This document shows positions 1 to 12,837 of a stretch of DNA of 64,000 nucleotides, piece by piece; within the stretch, counting starts at the first letter, position 1; every line of letters begins with the position of its first letter. The position numbers and the translations under genes are program-made. This DNA comes from Kiritimatiellia bacterium (GTDB taxonomy: Bacteria > Verrucomicrobiota > Kiritimatiellia > UBA8416 > JABMPJ01). Where the stretch lies: the NCBI GenBank assembly GCA_030745755.1, contig JASLOA010000041.1, positions 6,515-70,514 on the forward strand. The letters are read 5' to 3'. A model generated the notes under the pieces. The model saw only the letters and a list, made by a program, of their open reading frames with translations. It searched no databases and was not told where the DNA came from.

Positions 1-191
1 TGGATGAAGTCGCCGCAAGCCGCCCTCCATCGGTCTCTCTTCTCATTGGTCCGGAAGGTGACCTGACCCCCGCCGAAACGGAAGCCGCCACTGCCGTCGG
101 CGCCATCGGTATCAGCATGGGCCCCCTGGTCCTACGCACCGACACCGCCCCTCTCTTTGGCCTGAGTGTCCTGGCCAGCCGTTTGCGCTAA
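1..191 (+). CDS. rsmE: 16S rRNA m3U1498 methyltransferase, C-terminal part (runs off the window start)
   Basis: Manual translation gives ...SLLIGPEGDLTPAE...SMGPLVLRTDTAPL...LR*, containing the RsmE IGPEG and LRTETA-like motifs. Not in the ORF track. Confidence 0.85.
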   Translation, partial: DEVAASRPPSVSLLIGPEGDLTPAETEAATAVGAIGISMGPLVLRTDTAPLFGLSVLASRLR

Positions 192-3100
192 CGTTTTGGC
201 GCTGAGGGGAGGAGGCCGGGGAGGGCCATGACGTTTGGTCGTGGGGACTGCAGGTCTTTGCGGATGGCGTTGAAGCGGGCGTCCCTGCCGATAAGGTTCT
301 GGGCTTCGGCGCCGCCCTTGGCGAGGGCGAGCTTGAGCTGGTTGATGGCGCCGGGTTTGTCTCCCGTGCTGAGCTGCATGACGGCCATATCCACGCGCGC
401 CTTCCAGTCGTTCGGAGCCTTCTTGAGATATGTCTCAAGCGCGGGCATGGTTTTGTTCGGTTGCCGGCCCGCCGCGTACATGCGCGCAATGGTCAGGTAG
501 ACGTTCGCCGGTGTGTTGGCGGGCAGCTTGGTACGGCATTGGTCAAGCAGGGCGCCCATCTCCTTGAGGTGTCCGCCCTGCTGGTAGAGCTGTGCTATCT
601 GGAGCTGGTAGTTCGGCGGAAGCCCCTTGTTGCCTGCGATATTGTCCAAGAGCTGCTTGTAGTTGGTCCGCAGCCCGGCCTTGAAGTAGAGACGTGCCAA
701 CTCCAGGGCTTTGCCGATGTCGAGCTTGCCTTGCGGCGCGAGCTTCTGGAGCTCAGCGATCCTGCTGTTCATGCTGTTAATGCTGTTCAGGTGATTCAAG
801 AAGCCCGGGACCTTCTGGTTGTGCGGGTCACGTTGCTGGAAGTCCAGCATGAGATCGCGGGACTCATCGATGCGGCGCTGGCGCAGCAGAACTTCCTGGG
901 TTAGTCGGAAGTTGGCTTCCGGGCTGAGCGGGTAGAGCGTGCGCGCCTGGTGGAAGGCCAACTCGGCATCGTCGAACTTGCCGCGATTGGCATACAGGCC
1001 GGCGATGGCGCTGCGCAGCTTGGAGAATGACTTGCGGGCTACGATGTCGCGACGGAACTTGCTGTCACGGGTGAGACGACGGGTATACCAGTCCCAGAAA
1101 TCCTGGTCGTTGCGAATGGTGGTCGTGTCGAGCGGTGTCTTCTTTGCATTGATCTTCATGATCAGACCGTGGGGAGTGAGATAGGGGTACATCCAGCGGA
1201 TGACATAACTTTCCTCAACGTAGAAGTCATGGCGGTAGTTGTTGTGCTCGAAGATCATCTGGGCCAGGATACCATTGATCTCCATGACGCCCAGCGCGCC
1301 GCTGACCTGCACGCGCCCGTTCTCTATCTTCAAGGCGGCATTCTTGGGGCGTTTACCTGCGTTGACCTCCTCGACGTAGCGCTGGAACGATCGCGCACTG
1401 TCAGGCTCGGCCGGGATCCAGATCTGATCCCCGTACAGGTCACGCGTCACGCTCATGAAGGTGTTGTCCGCCAGGGCGTTCTGCGTAATGAGGTAGACAT
1501 CCTCCCGCACGCGGGCGGAGTAGATCATGTAGGTGGGGACGAATCGTCCGGGGTCCGTGCCGCCGTAGAAGATGGCATTCTGTGTCATCGCGGGCGGAAA
1601 TACCGGGTTGGGAAGAGGCTCCTCATGCGGATCGAGCTCTTCGCTGATGGCCTCGGCCCCGCGTAGCTGGTAGTTGCCGAACTGCCAACCGAAGTCGTGT
1701 CCGTTCTGTTCGGCCCCGCCGTAGGTCCGGATCAGTTCCTTGTTGTAGGCGTTCTCGCGCAGCGGCACGAGGGGCAGGGCACAGGCCACGGCCAGGCTGA
1801 GCCAGACCAGCGGGCGCCCCTTCTTGAAGACGGTGTCGAAGACGGCGAGGCCGCAGATAAGACCGTAGCCGATCCAGAAAGCATAGAGGGCATGCGAGGA
1901 GATGAACTTCACGCGCTGGATGAAGGTGTCCTGGATGTCGCCTTTCGGATTGGCCAGGGCAATCAGCATCAGGCTCATGGCGAGGAATCCGAGCAGCGTG
2001 GCGATGATCCACTTCTGCGTGTGCGGATCGATCGTCATCTGGAACTCGAGTCGGCTGCGACGCATCCAGAGAATGGCGATGGCGGCGACAGTCGGAAGCA
2101 CCATCAGGATCACAATGCCGCCACTCTGTCCGACAATCTCCCAGAGTTGGGCGGCATCCACGGCTGCCCCTGCCTTGCGCAGCGGAGCGGTCACACGTCC
2201 GATACGTGTAGCCAGAATGCCGATAAACCCGAAGTAGGCTCCTATGATTCCCAGCAGTGCGATGCCGATCGTGATGCGCTCGGAGATGGTTGTGGGGACT
2301 TTGCCGCGCAGTTTCTCAATCAGTTCTTCGCCCTGTGTCACAAAGATGGACGCCCCGCCGGCCCCCATAAAGAGAATGATGATACCGATCAGGTACTTGT
2401 CGAGTCGGACCTGGGCCGCGGCCTCCATGCCGATGGCGCCGAAGAGACGCTGCAGAACGACGAGTGCCGTGGCCAGGACGGCCAGGCAGATGGCGGCATA
2501 CATGGCATTGAATCGACGGCCGAACACCTTGACCCGCCATGCCGTGAAGGGGAGGAACCCGATCAGGGCCACTGGCAGGGTAAACTGGCCACGCAGGTCG
2601 GTCAGGTAGGCCCCAAGCTGGTCGATGAACCGGGCCGAGAACATGTCGGCCGGCTTGATGCGCTCATACTGACCGCGTGAGATGGCGTGCTTGAATCCCT
2701 CCCACGTACGCGGGTAGCCCCAGTTCATGGGCGGGTTGCGCAGGTCGGAGACAATCGGCATGTAGATATAGAACCCAATACCGAGTTCCATCAACAGCAG
2801 AGAGATGGCCACGGTGCGGCCGCGCGGAAGCAGGAAGAACGCCAAGAGCAGGATCACGAAATTCCCGACCATGTAGAAGGCGAACGTTTCGTGCGACGGG
2901 TGGATGATGGGCGGCAGAGCGCCTTTGGAGAAGAGCACCTCAAAGATATCACCAATCGAGTCGATGCTGGGCACAGGCTTGGGCAGCGACTCCCAGCGCT
3001 TAATCAGGGCCAGCGCAACCATGTAGGGCGCGCCCGTGATCGCGAAATCACGGAACAGCTTGATGTCGCGCAGGAAGACGGCAAAGACGAGGGGGAGTGC

Positions 3101-3757
3101 GGCAAGGAGAAGTACCTGGTAGTTCGTCAGCCCCAGCCCGAACACGAATGCCGTGAGATAGAGAAACCGGTCACTCGGACGTCGCATCCAGTGGTAGGTG
3201 AGGAGAAATACCCAGACCAGGAAGAAGGCGTTGAGACTGTATACCTCGACAATAACCGACTGGGACCACATGACGGGTGAGAAGGCAAAGAGCAGGCTGG
3301 ACACGACACCGCCGATCCAGCAGATGACATCTTCGGTTTTCTCGCCGGCAGCATGAAGGCTGCCGCGGGAGTCCTTCAGCATTTCGGATCCCGAGCGGCA
3401 GATCAGCATGGCGGTGGCCCCGGTGGCGAGCGCGCCAAAGACAACCGATGCCAGGCCCACACTCCAGGAAGGGTTGGGCTGTCCGCGGAACTGCACGAAC
3501 GAGAAGATGCGCGTGAACAGCCAGCAGATCATGGTCCAGATCGGGTAGCCGGGCGGATGGGGAACGCCGAGTGCATCGGCTGCCACGGCCAGTTCGCCGC
3601 CGTCCTCCAGGGTCACGGTGGGTGCCAGGGTCCAGAGGTAGACCACGAAAGACGCCAGGCAAGCGGTCCAGAACGCACTCCAGTCCAGGCGCCTGAAGAA
3701 TCTCGTCTCCTGCTGTATATCCAAGGAACCGCTCCGTTCAGTAGGTTTCGGCAACAA
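188..3757 (-). CDS. DUF2723 / TMEM260-like (GT117, GT-C fold) membrane glycosyltransferase with C-terminal TPR repeats
   Basis: LAPTVTLEDGGEL, PHPPGYP, WSQSVIVEVYSLN motifs, many TM helices and a helical TPR-like tail. True start may be TTG at 3724. Confidence 0.8.
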   Translation of the reverse strand: MLPKPTERSGSLDIQQETRFFRRLDWSAFWTACLASFVVYLWTLAPTVTLEDGGELAVAADALGVPHPPGYPIWTMICWLFTRIFSFVQFRGQPNPSWSVGLASVVFGALATGATAMLICRSGSEMLKDSRGSLHAAGEKTEDVICWIGGVVSSLLFAFSPVMWSQSVIVEVYSLNAFFLVWVFLLTYHWMRRPSDRFLYLTAFVFGLGLTNYQVLLLAALPLVFAVFLRDIKLFRDFAITGAPYMVALALIKRWESLPKPVPSIDSIGDIFEVLFSKGALPPIIHPSHETFAFYMVGNFVILLLAFFLLPRGRTVAISLLLMELGIGFYIYMPIVSDLRNPPMNWGYPRTWEGFKHAISRGQYERIKPADMFSARFIDQLGAYLTDLRGQFTLPVALIGFLPFTAWRVKVFGRRFNAMYAAICLAVLATALVVLQRLFGAIGMEAAAQVRLDKYLIGIIILFMGAGGASIFVTQGEELIEKLRGKVPTTISERITIGIALLGIIGAYFGFIGILATRIGRVTAPLRKAGAAVDAAQLWEIVGQSGGIVILMVLPTVAAIAILWMRRSRLEFQMTIDPHTQKWIIATLLGFLAMSLMLIALANPKGDIQDTFIQRVKFISSHALYAFWIGYGLICGLAVFDTVFKKGRPLVWLSLAVACALPLVPLRENAYNKELIRTYGGAEQNGHDFGWQFGNYQLRGAEAISEELDPHEEPLPNPVFPPAMTQNAIFYGGTDPGRFVPTYMIYSARVREDVYLITQNALADNTFMSVTRDLYGDQIWIPAEPDSARSFQRYVEEVNAGKRPKNAALKIENGRVQVSGALGVMEINGILAQMIFEHNNYRHDFYVEESYVIRWMYPYLTPHGLIMKINAKKTPLDTTTIRNDQDFWDWYTRRLTRDSKFRRDIVARKSFSKLRSAIAGLYANRGKFDDAELAFHQARTLYPLSPEANFRLTQEVLLRQRRIDESRDLMLDFQQRDPHNQKVPGFLNHLNSINSMNSRIAELQKLAPQGKLDIGKALELARLYFKAGLRTNYKQLLDNIAGNKGLPPNYQLQIAQLYQQGGHLKEMGALLDQCRTKLPANTPANVYLTIARMYAAGRQPNKTMPALETYLKKAPNDWKARVDMAVMQLSTGDKPGAINQLKLALAKGGAEAQNLIGRDARFNAIRKDLQSPRPNVMALPGLLPSAPKR

Positions 3758-3790
3758 ACACTAAAGTATGCCGAAAGGCCACGAGGGGTG

Positions 3791-4720
3791 TCAATGTCGC
3801 AGCAGGCAGATGATCGCCACGGTCAAGCCATAGAGCACGATGTTGACAAGGATAGGGATGTCTGTGAGGAGGATCTTCTCGGGCCGCCCGCCCTCGCTGT
3901 GCCGGTAGACAAGGTCCATGTAGCGAAAGATGCCGAAGATGACAAAGGGGATCGTGAAGCCCAGCGCGGCCGTCCCGAACTTTGCCTCGGTTTCCGGCCA
4001 CAATGTGTAGATTGAATAGCACACGATGGTGGTGGCGGCGATGATGGCAATCAGGAGATCCAACAGGTGGGCGTCGTAGTGCATGAGATTGCGACGATGT
4101 ACCTCAGGTTCCTCGACGCCGGAGAGCAGTTTCTCGTGACGCCGCTTGCAGAGCGCCAGGAACATGGCGAGCAGGAAGGTGCACAGCAGCAGCCAGGGCG
4201 AGATGGTGACATCGTTCAGGACCACGGCCCCGGCAATGGCCCGCATCACGAAGCCCGCGGCAATGATCATGGTATCAAGCAGTGCAATCTGCTTGAGGTA
4301 TATGGTGTAGGCAAGCTGCATGAGAACGTAGCTGCACAGGACAACCGAGAATGGGGCCGACAGGAAATAGGCACCGAGCAATCCCCCGGCCAGGAGTATC
4401 CATCCAAGGATCAGTGCTGTCACCGGCGGGATTCGCCCGGATGCGATGGGGCGGTTGCGCTTGACGGGGTGATGCCTGTCCGCATCGCAGTCGCTCAGAT
4501 CGTTGAAGACATAGACGCCGCTCGATACGATGCAAAAGAGCAGAAACGCCGGTATGACACGATCAAGGTCACGCAGCTCCAGTGGTGTGAGGCGCATACG
4601 ATCCCAGTAGGCGAAGAAGAAGGCGGCGCCCACCAGGCCGTTCTTGGTCCACTGCTGCGGCCGGAGCGCGCGGAGCAGATCAAGGAAGAGCGATGGTCGA
4701 GATGAATCCGTGTTGCTCAT
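3791..4720 (-). CDS. UbiA-family decaprenyl-phosphate phosphoribosyltransferase-like protein
   Basis: LRPQQWTKN, YVFNDLSDCDADRHHPVKRNRPIASG and KRRHE motifs. ATG at 4720 overlaps the upstream stop (ATGA). Confidence 0.85.
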   Translation of the reverse strand: MSNTDSSRPSLFLDLLRALRPQQWTKNGLVGAAFFFAYWDRMRLTPLELRDLDRVIPAFLLFCIVSSGVYVFNDLSDCDADRHHPVKRNRPIASGRIPPVTALILGWILLAGGLLGAYFLSAPFSVVLCSYVLMQLAYTIYLKQIALLDTMIIAAGFVMRAIAGAVVLNDVTISPWLLLCTFLLAMFLALCKRRHEKLLSGVEEPEVHRRNLMHYDAHLLDLLIAIIAATTIVCYSIYTLWPETEAKFGTAALGFTIPFVIFGIFRYMDLVYRHSEGGRPEKILLTDIPILVNIVLYGLTVAIICLLRH

Positions 4721-5454
4721 GATTCGGGGGTGGAGCAGGGTCGGCGCCGGAACCCGTACCGGAACGCCAGTTTCCAAACCAGCCACAGTGCTTCACTGAA
4801 GATGACGCTACTCATCTTCGAGTAGCCGACACGCCGGTCGGCAAACGTGATGGGCACTTCGGCAATGCGGAAGCCCTTCAGCCAGGCCGTGTGTGTCATC
4901 TCGACCTGGAAGGAGTAGCCGTTGGAGATGATCAGGTCAAGATCGATCGCCGCCAGTACGCGCCGGCGATAGCACTTGAAGCCCCCGGTGGGATCCGTGG
5001 CCGGCATGCCCGTGATGATGTGCACGTAGAGTGCGGCGCCCTTGCTGAGCATCAGGCGGCGCAGGGGCCAGTTGGTGATGCGAATGCCGTCCACGTAACG
5101 TGACCCCAGAACCAGGTCCGCATTCTCGGCTGCGGCAATAAAGTGGGGTATTTCGGCTGGATCGTGCGAGAAGTCGGCATCCATTTCGAAGATCAGCTCG
5201 TAGTCGCGCTGAAGGGCCCACTTGAATCCGGTGATATAGGCCCGGCCAAGGCCGGCCTTGCCGGTCTTGTGAATCACGTGGATGCGCTCATCCGCGTCAC
5301 ACAGTTCATCGATGACCTTGCCGGTGCCATCCGGGGAGTTGTCATCCACAAAGAGAATGTCGACATCCGGTTGCACGCTGAAGACCGCTTCGGAGATAGG
5401 CCGAACGTTGTCGCATTCGTCATAGGTCGGAATGATAATGAGGGTGGAGTTCAT
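4717..5454 (-). CDS. Polyprenol monophosphomannose synthase (GT2, Dpm1/Ppm1-like)
   Basis: IIIPTY, VDDNSPDGT, EMDADFSHDP, D.TGGFKCYRR and GYSFQVE motifs. Confidence 0.9.
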   Translation of the reverse strand: MNSTLIIIPTYDECDNVRPISEAVFSVQPDVDILFVDDNSPDGTGKVIDELCDADERIHVIHKTGKAGLGRAYITGFKWALQRDYELIFEMDADFSHDPAEIPHFIAAAENADLVLGSRYVDGIRITNWPLRRLMLSKGAALYVHIITGMPATDPTGGFKCYRRRVLAAIDLDLIISNGYSFQVEMTHTAWLKGFRIAEVPITFADRRVGYSKMSSVIFSEALWLVWKLAFRYGFRRRPCSTPES

Positions 5455-6887
5455 GCTCTACTTGCTCTTGCCTTTTTTGCTGCAGGTTTCTCCCGAACGG
5501 AGACATCGCTGTACTCCTTGCCGAACTCACCCACGTAGAGTGCGCGCGGACGGAAGATCCTGTTCTTCTTGAGGTATTCGTGCACACGCGCGGTCCATCC
5601 CGCTACACGACTGACCGCGAAGACGGGTGTAAACATGTTGCGGTGGATGCCCATCGACTTGTAGATAATGCCGGAGTAGAAGTCCACATTCGGGAAGATT
5701 CCCTTCTCCTTGCCCAGCGTTGCCACGACACGCTTCTCCAGTCTGCGCGCGATCCGCAACAACAGGGCGGCATCCTTGTCATGCTTGGCGACATATCCGG
5801 CCAGGGGCCCCAGGATACGGGCGCGCGGATCGTAGGTCTTGTAGACGCGATGACCCATGCCCGTGATCTTCTTCTTGCGGCGCATAGCCTTCTCGAACCA
5901 CTCATCCACGTTATCGGGATGTCCGATTTTCTCAAGCATGACCAGCACGGCTTCGTTGGCGCCACCGTGGAGCGGGCCGCTCAGCGCGGCGATACCGGAG
6001 CCGATCGAAAAGTAGACATCGGACAGGGTCGAGGCTACCACCATCGAGGCAAACGTGCTGGCGTTCATGCCGTGGTCCGCATGGAGGATCAGCGCGATAT
6101 CCATGATGCGCTCCTGTTCCGCGGTGGGACGCTTGCCGGTCATCATGTAGAGGAAATTCGCGGCGTGACCCAGTTCAGGATCGGGCTCTATCGGCAACCG
6201 GTGTTCGCGAACGCGCGCCACGGCAGCCGAAATGGTGGCCAGTCCGGAGATCAGATGAATACAGGCGGCCCGGCCGGCTGCATCTGTGGTGCCGACGGGT
6301 ACTTCGGCAGGCCTCTCGGCCTTGGCCTTCTTGAACTCGTAGATGGCCTTCTCTTCACCCTTCGGCAGCGTTTCCATGGGGATGGAGTCTTCGTCTGCAG
6401 CGATGGCCCGGACCGATTTCGGCCGAGCGGCGTCACTGTCCTGCCACGTGAGACGCTGACGCATCAGGTTGGTGCCCAAGCGGAGACAGGCCATGGGGTG
6501 CATCTGCTCGAGGGGAAATCCCATCAGCATACGCAGGGTGTGGGGAAGGGAGCGTGCGGCCAGCAGTTTGGCCTTGAACGACTCGAGCTGTTTCTCAGTG
6601 GGGAGGCGTCCGTAGAGGAGAAGATAGGAGACCTCCTCAAATGTTGAGTAGGCGCACAGGTCAAAGATGTCATAGCCGCAATAGGTCAGCTCACCCCGCG
6701 TCCCGTTTACGAACCCGATTTTGGTCTCGCAGGCGATGGCGCCTTCTAGGCCGGGGCCCACGGTACAGTCAAGCGGCCAGTTGATACGGCTGATGGTCTT
6801 GGCTTCGGGTGTGTCCTGCGTCTCGCGGCGTGCCTTGCGGGCCGCCTTGAGTACGATTTCGGTGATCTTCTCGGTTTCTCTGTGCAT
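5451..6887 (-). CDS. Citrate (or 2-methylcitrate) synthase
   Basis: GLEG, HADHGMNASTF, GPLHGGANE, GMGHRVYK and PNVDFYSG motifs. Start taken at MHRETEK. Confidence 0.92.
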   Translation of the reverse strand: MHRETEKITEIVLKAARKARRETQDTPEAKTISRINWPLDCTVGPGLEGAIACETKIGFVNGTRGELTYCGYDIFDLCAYSTFEEVSYLLLYGRLPTEKQLESFKAKLLAARSLPHTLRMLMGFPLEQMHPMACLRLGTNLMRQRLTWQDSDAARPKSVRAIAADEDSIPMETLPKGEEKAIYEFKKAKAERPAEVPVGTTDAAGRAACIHLISGLATISAAVARVREHRLPIEPDPELGHAANFLYMMTGKRPTAEQERIMDIALILHADHGMNASTFASMVVASTLSDVYFSIGSGIAALSGPLHGGANEAVLVMLEKIGHPDNVDEWFEKAMRRKKKITGMGHRVYKTYDPRARILGPLAGYVAKHDKDAALLLRIARRLEKRVVATLGKEKGIFPNVDFYSGIIYKSMGIHRNMFTPVFAVSRVAGWTARVHEYLKKNRIFRPRALYVGEFGKEYSDVSVREKPAAKKARASRA

Positions 6888-6981
6888 AGTGGTTATTCCT
6901 GAAAATGAAACGCTATCACGGGTGCCCTGCATCTGCAACCCAGATGTCGTCAGGCGCCGTCAGGTGTGGGCCGCCAGGCGG

Positions 6982-7986
6982 TCATGTTGCCGTGGCGCCG
7001 GCATCGCCAGGGACCACCTTGCCGTGGGTGGCGATGTAGATCATGTAGACGACTCCGCCAATCAGGCTCCAAAACAGAACGGCGCCGTAGACCAGCAGTG
7101 AGAGTGGAACGGCGCGGGTCTCGGCTACACCGAGTACGCCGAGCAGAAACTTGGCAGCCGCTTCGCGTGTGCCCAGCCCGCCCGGTGTGGCCGGAATCGC
7201 CGCCACGGCGTTGATCACGGGGAAGACGGTGAGGTAGTTCCAGAAGTTCAGTGTGATGTCGAGTGCACGCCCCAGGAAGTAGGCGCATCCCACAAGTAGG
7301 ACGTGGTTGCTGATCGATAGCACCAGGGCTTTGGCCAGGAGGACGGGCTCCTTTATGATGCCGTGGGCCGTGGTGTAGGCTTTCGTAATGATCTTGCCCA
7401 GTGCGGTGCGTTCCTCCAGACGCTTGAAGAAGCTCCAGCGTTCCATCCAGTTGTGACCGAAAGTCATGGCAAGAAATCCGATCATACCACCCAAGAGGCA
7501 GCCGAAGAAAACAAGCGACCAGCGCGTGGCTTCGTGCTCGAGAAAGAAGGGCAGCTTGATCAGCATGATGGTGACAGTGAGAATGACCAGCCCGGCCAGT
7601 CCAATCAGGCGGTCCAGGGCAACGGTCGAAACGGCTTCGGTCTTGTGGCCGGGGATCTCGCGCGTGACGAACCACGCCTTGACCACGTCGCCCCCAGTGG
7701 CTCCGAAGAGGAATGCGTTGAAGAAATGCCCCACAAAGTAGAGTTGCAGTGTTTTGAGTATGGGCAGGTGCAGGCCCCGGGCATCAAGCAACAGCTTCCA
7801 GCGCAGCGTGCAGAGCAGCAGGCAGATCCCGAACCCTCCGATACCGAGCACCAGCATAGGCCACTGCCGTGCCGCGGCCTGGAGGGCTTCGACCATGTCG
7901 GCCTTGTTATCCATCCGCGCAAAGATGAATACGATCAAGCCGATGCCAATCAGTAGCTGAACAAGCGATATAAGTTTCTTCTTCAT
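6982..7986 (-). CDS. UPF0104 / lysylphosphatidylglycerol-synthase TM domain flippase-like membrane protein
   Basis: RWKLLL, FFNAFL..TGGDVVK, DRLIGL and P.TPGGLGTRE motifs. Confidence 0.85.
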   Translation of the reverse strand: MKKKLISLVQLLIGIGLIVFIFARMDNKADMVEALQAAARQWPMLVLGIGGFGICLLLCTLRWKLLLDARGLHLPILKTLQLYFVGHFFNAFLFGATGGDVVKAWFVTREIPGHKTEAVSTVALDRLIGLAGLVILTVTIMLIKLPFFLEHEATRWSLVFFGCLLGGMIGFLAMTFGHNWMERWSFFKRLEERTALGKIITKAYTTAHGIIKEPVLLAKALVLSISNHVLLVGCAYFLGRALDITLNFWNYLTVFPVINAVAAIPATPGGLGTREAAAKFLLGVLGVAETRAVPLSLLVYGAVLFWSLIGGVVYMIYIATHGKVVPGDAGATAT

Positions 7987-7997
7987 GTGAGGTCCTG

Positions 7998-10836
<2,839 letters not shown>

Positions 10837-10850
10837 TGTATATAGGGAAG

Positions 10851-10878
10851 GCTCCCCGACAGATGCTGCCGGGGAGCC
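10851..10878 (-). terminator. Hairpin downstream of rpsU (terminator or stabiliser)
   Basis: GCTCCCCG...CGGGGAGC inverted repeat; U-tract weak. Confidence 0.5.
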
Positions 10879-10904
10879 CGTTTGAAGTCGTAGTGTAGAA
10901 GCGT

Positions 10905-11087
10905 CTAGGCCTGCGCGGCCCGGGAACGGGCGCGTGCAGATTTCTTGCGCTTCTTCTCGCTTGGTTTCTCAAAGTAGCGGTTCGCGCGAAGCTGCTTCAT
11001 GGTGCCTTCTTTGTCCATGACCTTCTTCAGTCGCTTCAGCGCCTTCTCGACGGGTTCTCCCCGTTTAACTTTTACTTGCATTGCCAT
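10905..11087 (-). CDS. rpsU: 30S ribosomal protein S21
   Basis: V.VK.GE.VEKALKRLKK...YFEKPSEKKRKK signature. Confidence 0.95.
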   Translation of the reverse strand: MAMQVKVKRGEPVEKALKRLKKVMDKEGTMKQLRANRYFEKPSEKKRKKSARARSRAAQA

Positions 11088-11167
11088 AGCTGTTTAGTAT
11101 CACGCTCCCTTCCAGACCAGAACCCTGCTTGCTGTCAAAATGGGTCCTTCGGTCAAAAACGGCCGAC

Positions 11168-11196
11168 ATCATGTACACATTCGCCCTGAAGGTCAA
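11168..11196 (-). promoter_or_regulatory. Putative sigma70 promoter of rpsU
   Basis: TTGACC-N17-CATGAT on the minus strand. Confidence 0.45.
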
Positions 11197-11244
11197 TAGA
11201 GAACAACGCGCCCGGGCCACACAGTTTTCGATGTGTGATGTATA

Positions 11245-11331
11245 GGAGATCCCTCGGCTTCGCTCGGGATGACGGTCTCGGAATCACCAGTCTTCTGAGA
11301 ACTTGTCATGCTGAGCTTGTCGAAGCATCTC
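11245..11331. repeat. GTC-tagged REP-like doublet (tail-to-tail)
   Basis: GGAGATCCCTCGGCTTCGCTCGGGATGAC ... TGTCATGCTGAGCTTGTCGAAGCATCTC; the same family occurs at 9 loci in the window. Confidence 0.9.
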
Positions 11332-11398
11332 ATCTGACCCATTGCGATGGCCTGGGCAACCACCCAAGAAGGGCGAACACTCGTCCTTCGTCCGTTCC

Positions 11399-12703
11399 TT
11401 ACGGCCGGCCTACGGAATGGTAGGTGAAGCCTTGTGCATCCATGGCCTGTGCGTCGAACACGTTGCGGCCGTCCACCACGATGGGACAGCGCATGCTGTC
11501 TTTGAGGGCCGCAAGGTCCAGTTCCCGGATCTCCGGCCAGTCGGTCAGGATCAGGAGCACGTCGGCATCCTTCGCGCACTCGAGCAGATCATCATTGTAA
11601 TCCAGGCCGGGAAACTCCTCGTTGAACTTCTCGCGGGCAATGGGGTCCCACAGGCAGAGTGAGGCCTTCTGTTCCTGGAGCTGCGGAACGAAGTAGAGCG
11701 AGGGAGATTCACGGATGTCATCCGTGCCCGGTTTGAAGGCAAGGCCAAAGATGGCGACGCGCTTGTTCTGCAGCACCCACATCTCCTGCTTGAGTTTGCG
11801 CATGACATGCTCGCGCTGCTGCTTGTTGATGCTCTGTACCTCTTTGAGCAGATCAAGTCTATAGCCGACCTCGTCGCCCATGCGTACAAAGGCATCCACA
11901 TCTTTCGGGAAGCAGGAGCCGCCGTAACCCACGCCGGCCTTCAGGAAATGCTCGCCGATACGGGCATCAAGGCCCATGCCGTGCGCCACCTGCGTGATGT
12001 CCGCGCCGGTCAGTTCACAGATCCGGCTCACGGCGTTGATGAAGGAAATCTTCATGGCCAGGAATGAATTCGAGGCGTGCTTGGTCAGTTCGGCGCTGGC
12101 GATGTCCATCTGCAGGTACTCGCAGCCACTCTTCTCGACGATCGGCGCATAGATCTCGCGCAAGAGATCGCCGGCACGGTCGCTTTCCACACCCACGACC
12201 ACGCGATCGGGCTTGAATGCATCCTTGATGGCTGTGCCTTCGCGCAGGAACTCCGGGTTGGAAGCGATATCGAACGGGATGTCAGCCTTGAGGTACTTGT
12301 TCATAGTCCGCGTGAGCTGCTCGTTCGTATTGACGATCACCGTGCTCTTTTCCACCAGCAGACGGTAGGAGGTCATATGCTCGGCCACTTCACGCCCGAC
12401 GCTTTCAACGTAGGACATGTTGGCCTCGCCCTGGTAGCCCGGGGGGGTGCCGACGGCGATGAAGATGACCTCGGCGAAGGCCGTGCCTTCGGCCACAGAC
12501 GTGGAGAACTTCAGACGGCCGGCTTTGACGTTGGCCAGAACCATCTCTTCGAGGCCCTCTTCATAGATCGGCATGATGCCGCTCTCAAGCTTATCGATCT
12601 TGGAGGTGTCGTTATCAACACAGAGCACGTCATGCCCAATCTCGGCAAACGTAGTTCCTGTGACCAGGCCTACATAGCCGGTTCCAACAATGGTAATCTT
12701 CAT
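11399..12703 (-). CDS. ugd: UDP-glucose 6-dehydrogenase
   Basis: VGTGYVGL, EKSTV, SNPEFLREG, GYGGSCFPKD and GLAFKPGTDDIRES motifs. Confidence 0.95.
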   Translation of the reverse strand: MKITIVGTGYVGLVTGTTFAEIGHDVLCVDNDTSKIDKLESGIMPIYEEGLEEMVLANVKAGRLKFSTSVAEGTAFAEVIFIAVGTPPGYQGEANMSYVESVGREVAEHMTSYRLLVEKSTVIVNTNEQLTRTMNKYLKADIPFDIASNPEFLREGTAIKDAFKPDRVVVGVESDRAGDLLREIYAPIVEKSGCEYLQMDIASAELTKHASNSFLAMKISFINAVSRICELTGADITQVAHGMGLDARIGEHFLKAGVGYGGSCFPKDVDAFVRMGDEVGYRLDLLKEVQSINKQQREHVMRKLKQEMWVLQNKRVAIFGLAFKPGTDDIRESPSLYFVPQLQEQKASLCLWDPIAREKFNEEFPGLDYNDDLLECAKDADVLLILTDWPEIRELDLAALKDSMRCPIVVDGRNVFDAQAMDAQGFTYHSVGRP

Positions 12704-12736
12704 GGTGTAGTCTTCCTTCTTCGTGTTTCTGTGGAC

Positions 12737-12821
12737 GGCCCGCTCGGAGATCGGGCCCTACCAGCTCTTCGGCGAGGCTGCGTCCTCGGTCGGGGTAGGG
12801 CGAGCCGTCCCGGCGAGCCGC
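12737..12821. repeat. GTAG-family REP doublet
   Basis: GGCCCGCTCGGAGATCGGGCCCTACC ... GGTAGGGCGAGCCGTCCCGGCGAGCCGC. Confidence 0.8.
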
Positions 12822-12837
12822 GCGTTGGTCAACAAGG

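Noticed and set aside
11193-11579. Small ORFs over intergenic repeats (also 13884-14259, 16456-16827, 23619-24422)
   Set aside because: Peptides such as VIPSEAEGS and CHPERSRGIS are translations of the REP palindrome.
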